Below, in pieces: positions 62,740 through 64,000 of a stretch of DNA of 64,000 bases (position 1 is its first letter; each line of letters starts with the position of its first letter). This stretch comes from Takakia lepidozioides (lineage: Eukaryota > Plantae > Bryophyta), in assembly GCA_030704615.1 (NCBI GenBank), contig CM060734.1, positions 57,040,001 through 57,104,000 of the forward strand, read 5' to 3'. Both the position numbers and the translations under genes were made by a program. The notes beneath the pieces are model-generated. The model ran no database searches. It was not told the origin of the DNA and saw only the letters and a list, made by a program, of their open reading frames with translations.

Positions 62740-63461
62740 CTGCCATACACACACCCTATCCATTTCTCAAACCAAGGGAATTCCATAACCTGAAAAAGTA
62801 ACTTCAATGCTAGGTTCTCATTCTCTCTCTCTCTCTCTCTTTCCTTGAATGTGGATATGTTCATTGTAACAACACTCAAGAACTGCCTGATCCCTCTGGC
62901 TCTTTCTCCATCCTTGAGCATACATGACATTTCATGGCAAACTAATAGATGATATCTTGTGCTAGGCCCTGTCGCAGCAGCATAATAGAGTATATGTGTA
63001 CACCTTCTACATGATCCGGTCAATGTACATTGCTCTCTTGGCTGGTCTACTGTAGCCAATGCCTTAGGAAACCTGAAAATGAAAGGCTTGAGGAATTTTT
63101 TTCTCTCTCTCTCTTTCCTTGAATGTTGCTAAGATCATTATAGATAGCATTCAAGAATTGCCTAATCCCGTTATTCTGTTCAGATTTTTTTTGTCTACAA
63201 AGGAACGGGAAATTGGATAACGACTAGGGTGACTCATTAGGGTTCACCCTAGAGGTCTTAACCTAAAGCTGCTGCCCTATATGGTTAGTAAGCTTGGCCA
63301 CTCTTCTCATTTGGAAGAGGAGCAGGCAAGAGCTGAAGGAGCTGACTATACTATGGCTACAAGCAAGGTATCCATTCAGACTCCTTCAACACTGTGATGG
63401 GCTGCTTAGTATGGCAACACAAAGTGTGTTGACACAATGAGGAAGTTACATGGACTTGACT

Positions 63462-63790
63462 AAGCTCTACTCTGAGTCTAGGAACACTTGAGCAAAACCA
63501 AGGGCTTCTATATGGGTCCTTGCTTGAGTACTTGGTCTTCCTTTTTGGGAATAGGTGCTTGTTGTCAAGCTTACTCACATGGATTTCATTAAGCTCTACT
63601 CTGAGTCTAGGAACACTTGAGCAAAACCAAGGGCTTCTATATGGGTCCTTGCTTGAGTACTTGATCTTCCTTTTTGGGAATAGGTGCTTGTTGTCATGCT
63701 TACTCACATGGATTTCATTAAGCTCTACTCTGATTCTATGAATGCTTTTGCGAACCAAAGACCTCTATGTGTCCCCTTGCTTGAGTACTT
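63462..63790. repeat. 129-bp tandem repeat (about 2.5 copies)
   Basis: AAGCTCTACTCTGA starts at 63462, 63591 and 63720. Confidence 0.92.
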
Positions 63791-64000
63791 GGCTCTAGTG
63801 ACAGCTTCCTTTTGGGAATGGGTGCTTACCGAATGAGACCCCCCCTCCCTCTGGAGCATGGGCTGAAATAGGTGCTGCTGATTTCTGTACCTATGTTGAC
63901 TAAAATGGCTGAAAGGACCTCCCCTACCTCTCCTCTCTTTGCTAGTATGACCTGTTGCAAGGATGACATTGAAAACAAATGTGAAGGGGTTTAAGCCTGG

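Overview
Intron-containing eukaryotic DNA from a land plant, probably a non-seed lineage (inferred from the PPR motif style and TE types; not established). The left half (about 1.4-30.4 kb) is mostly rearranged accessory sequence. A duplicated block of gene fragments (1460-3161 and 27750-30372, with a SLY1 piece) brackets RLK/PPR/MCM3 fragments, a Ty3/gypsy remnant, an inverted pseudogene copy of a REVEILLE clock gene, a nested Mutator-like (MULE) complex and an L1 3' end. The MULE has two TIR pairs, each with its own candidate 9-bp TSD. It carries convergent genes for a SWIM-type transposase resembling the domesticated Arabidopsis At1g60560/At4g13970 family and a Ulp1-like SUMO protease. The right half is gene-rich: cytosolic TyrRS (probable U12 intron), two intact RVE/LCL paralogs, a small LEA-like gene, an F-box-associated-domain gene, QCR6 and the 3' part of SERGT1. 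Non-LTR retroelement 3' ends with a conserved hairpin and (CATTT)n or (CT)n tails, plus tRNA-like SINEs, are scattered throughout. All family calls come from motif recognition by eye; no searches were run.
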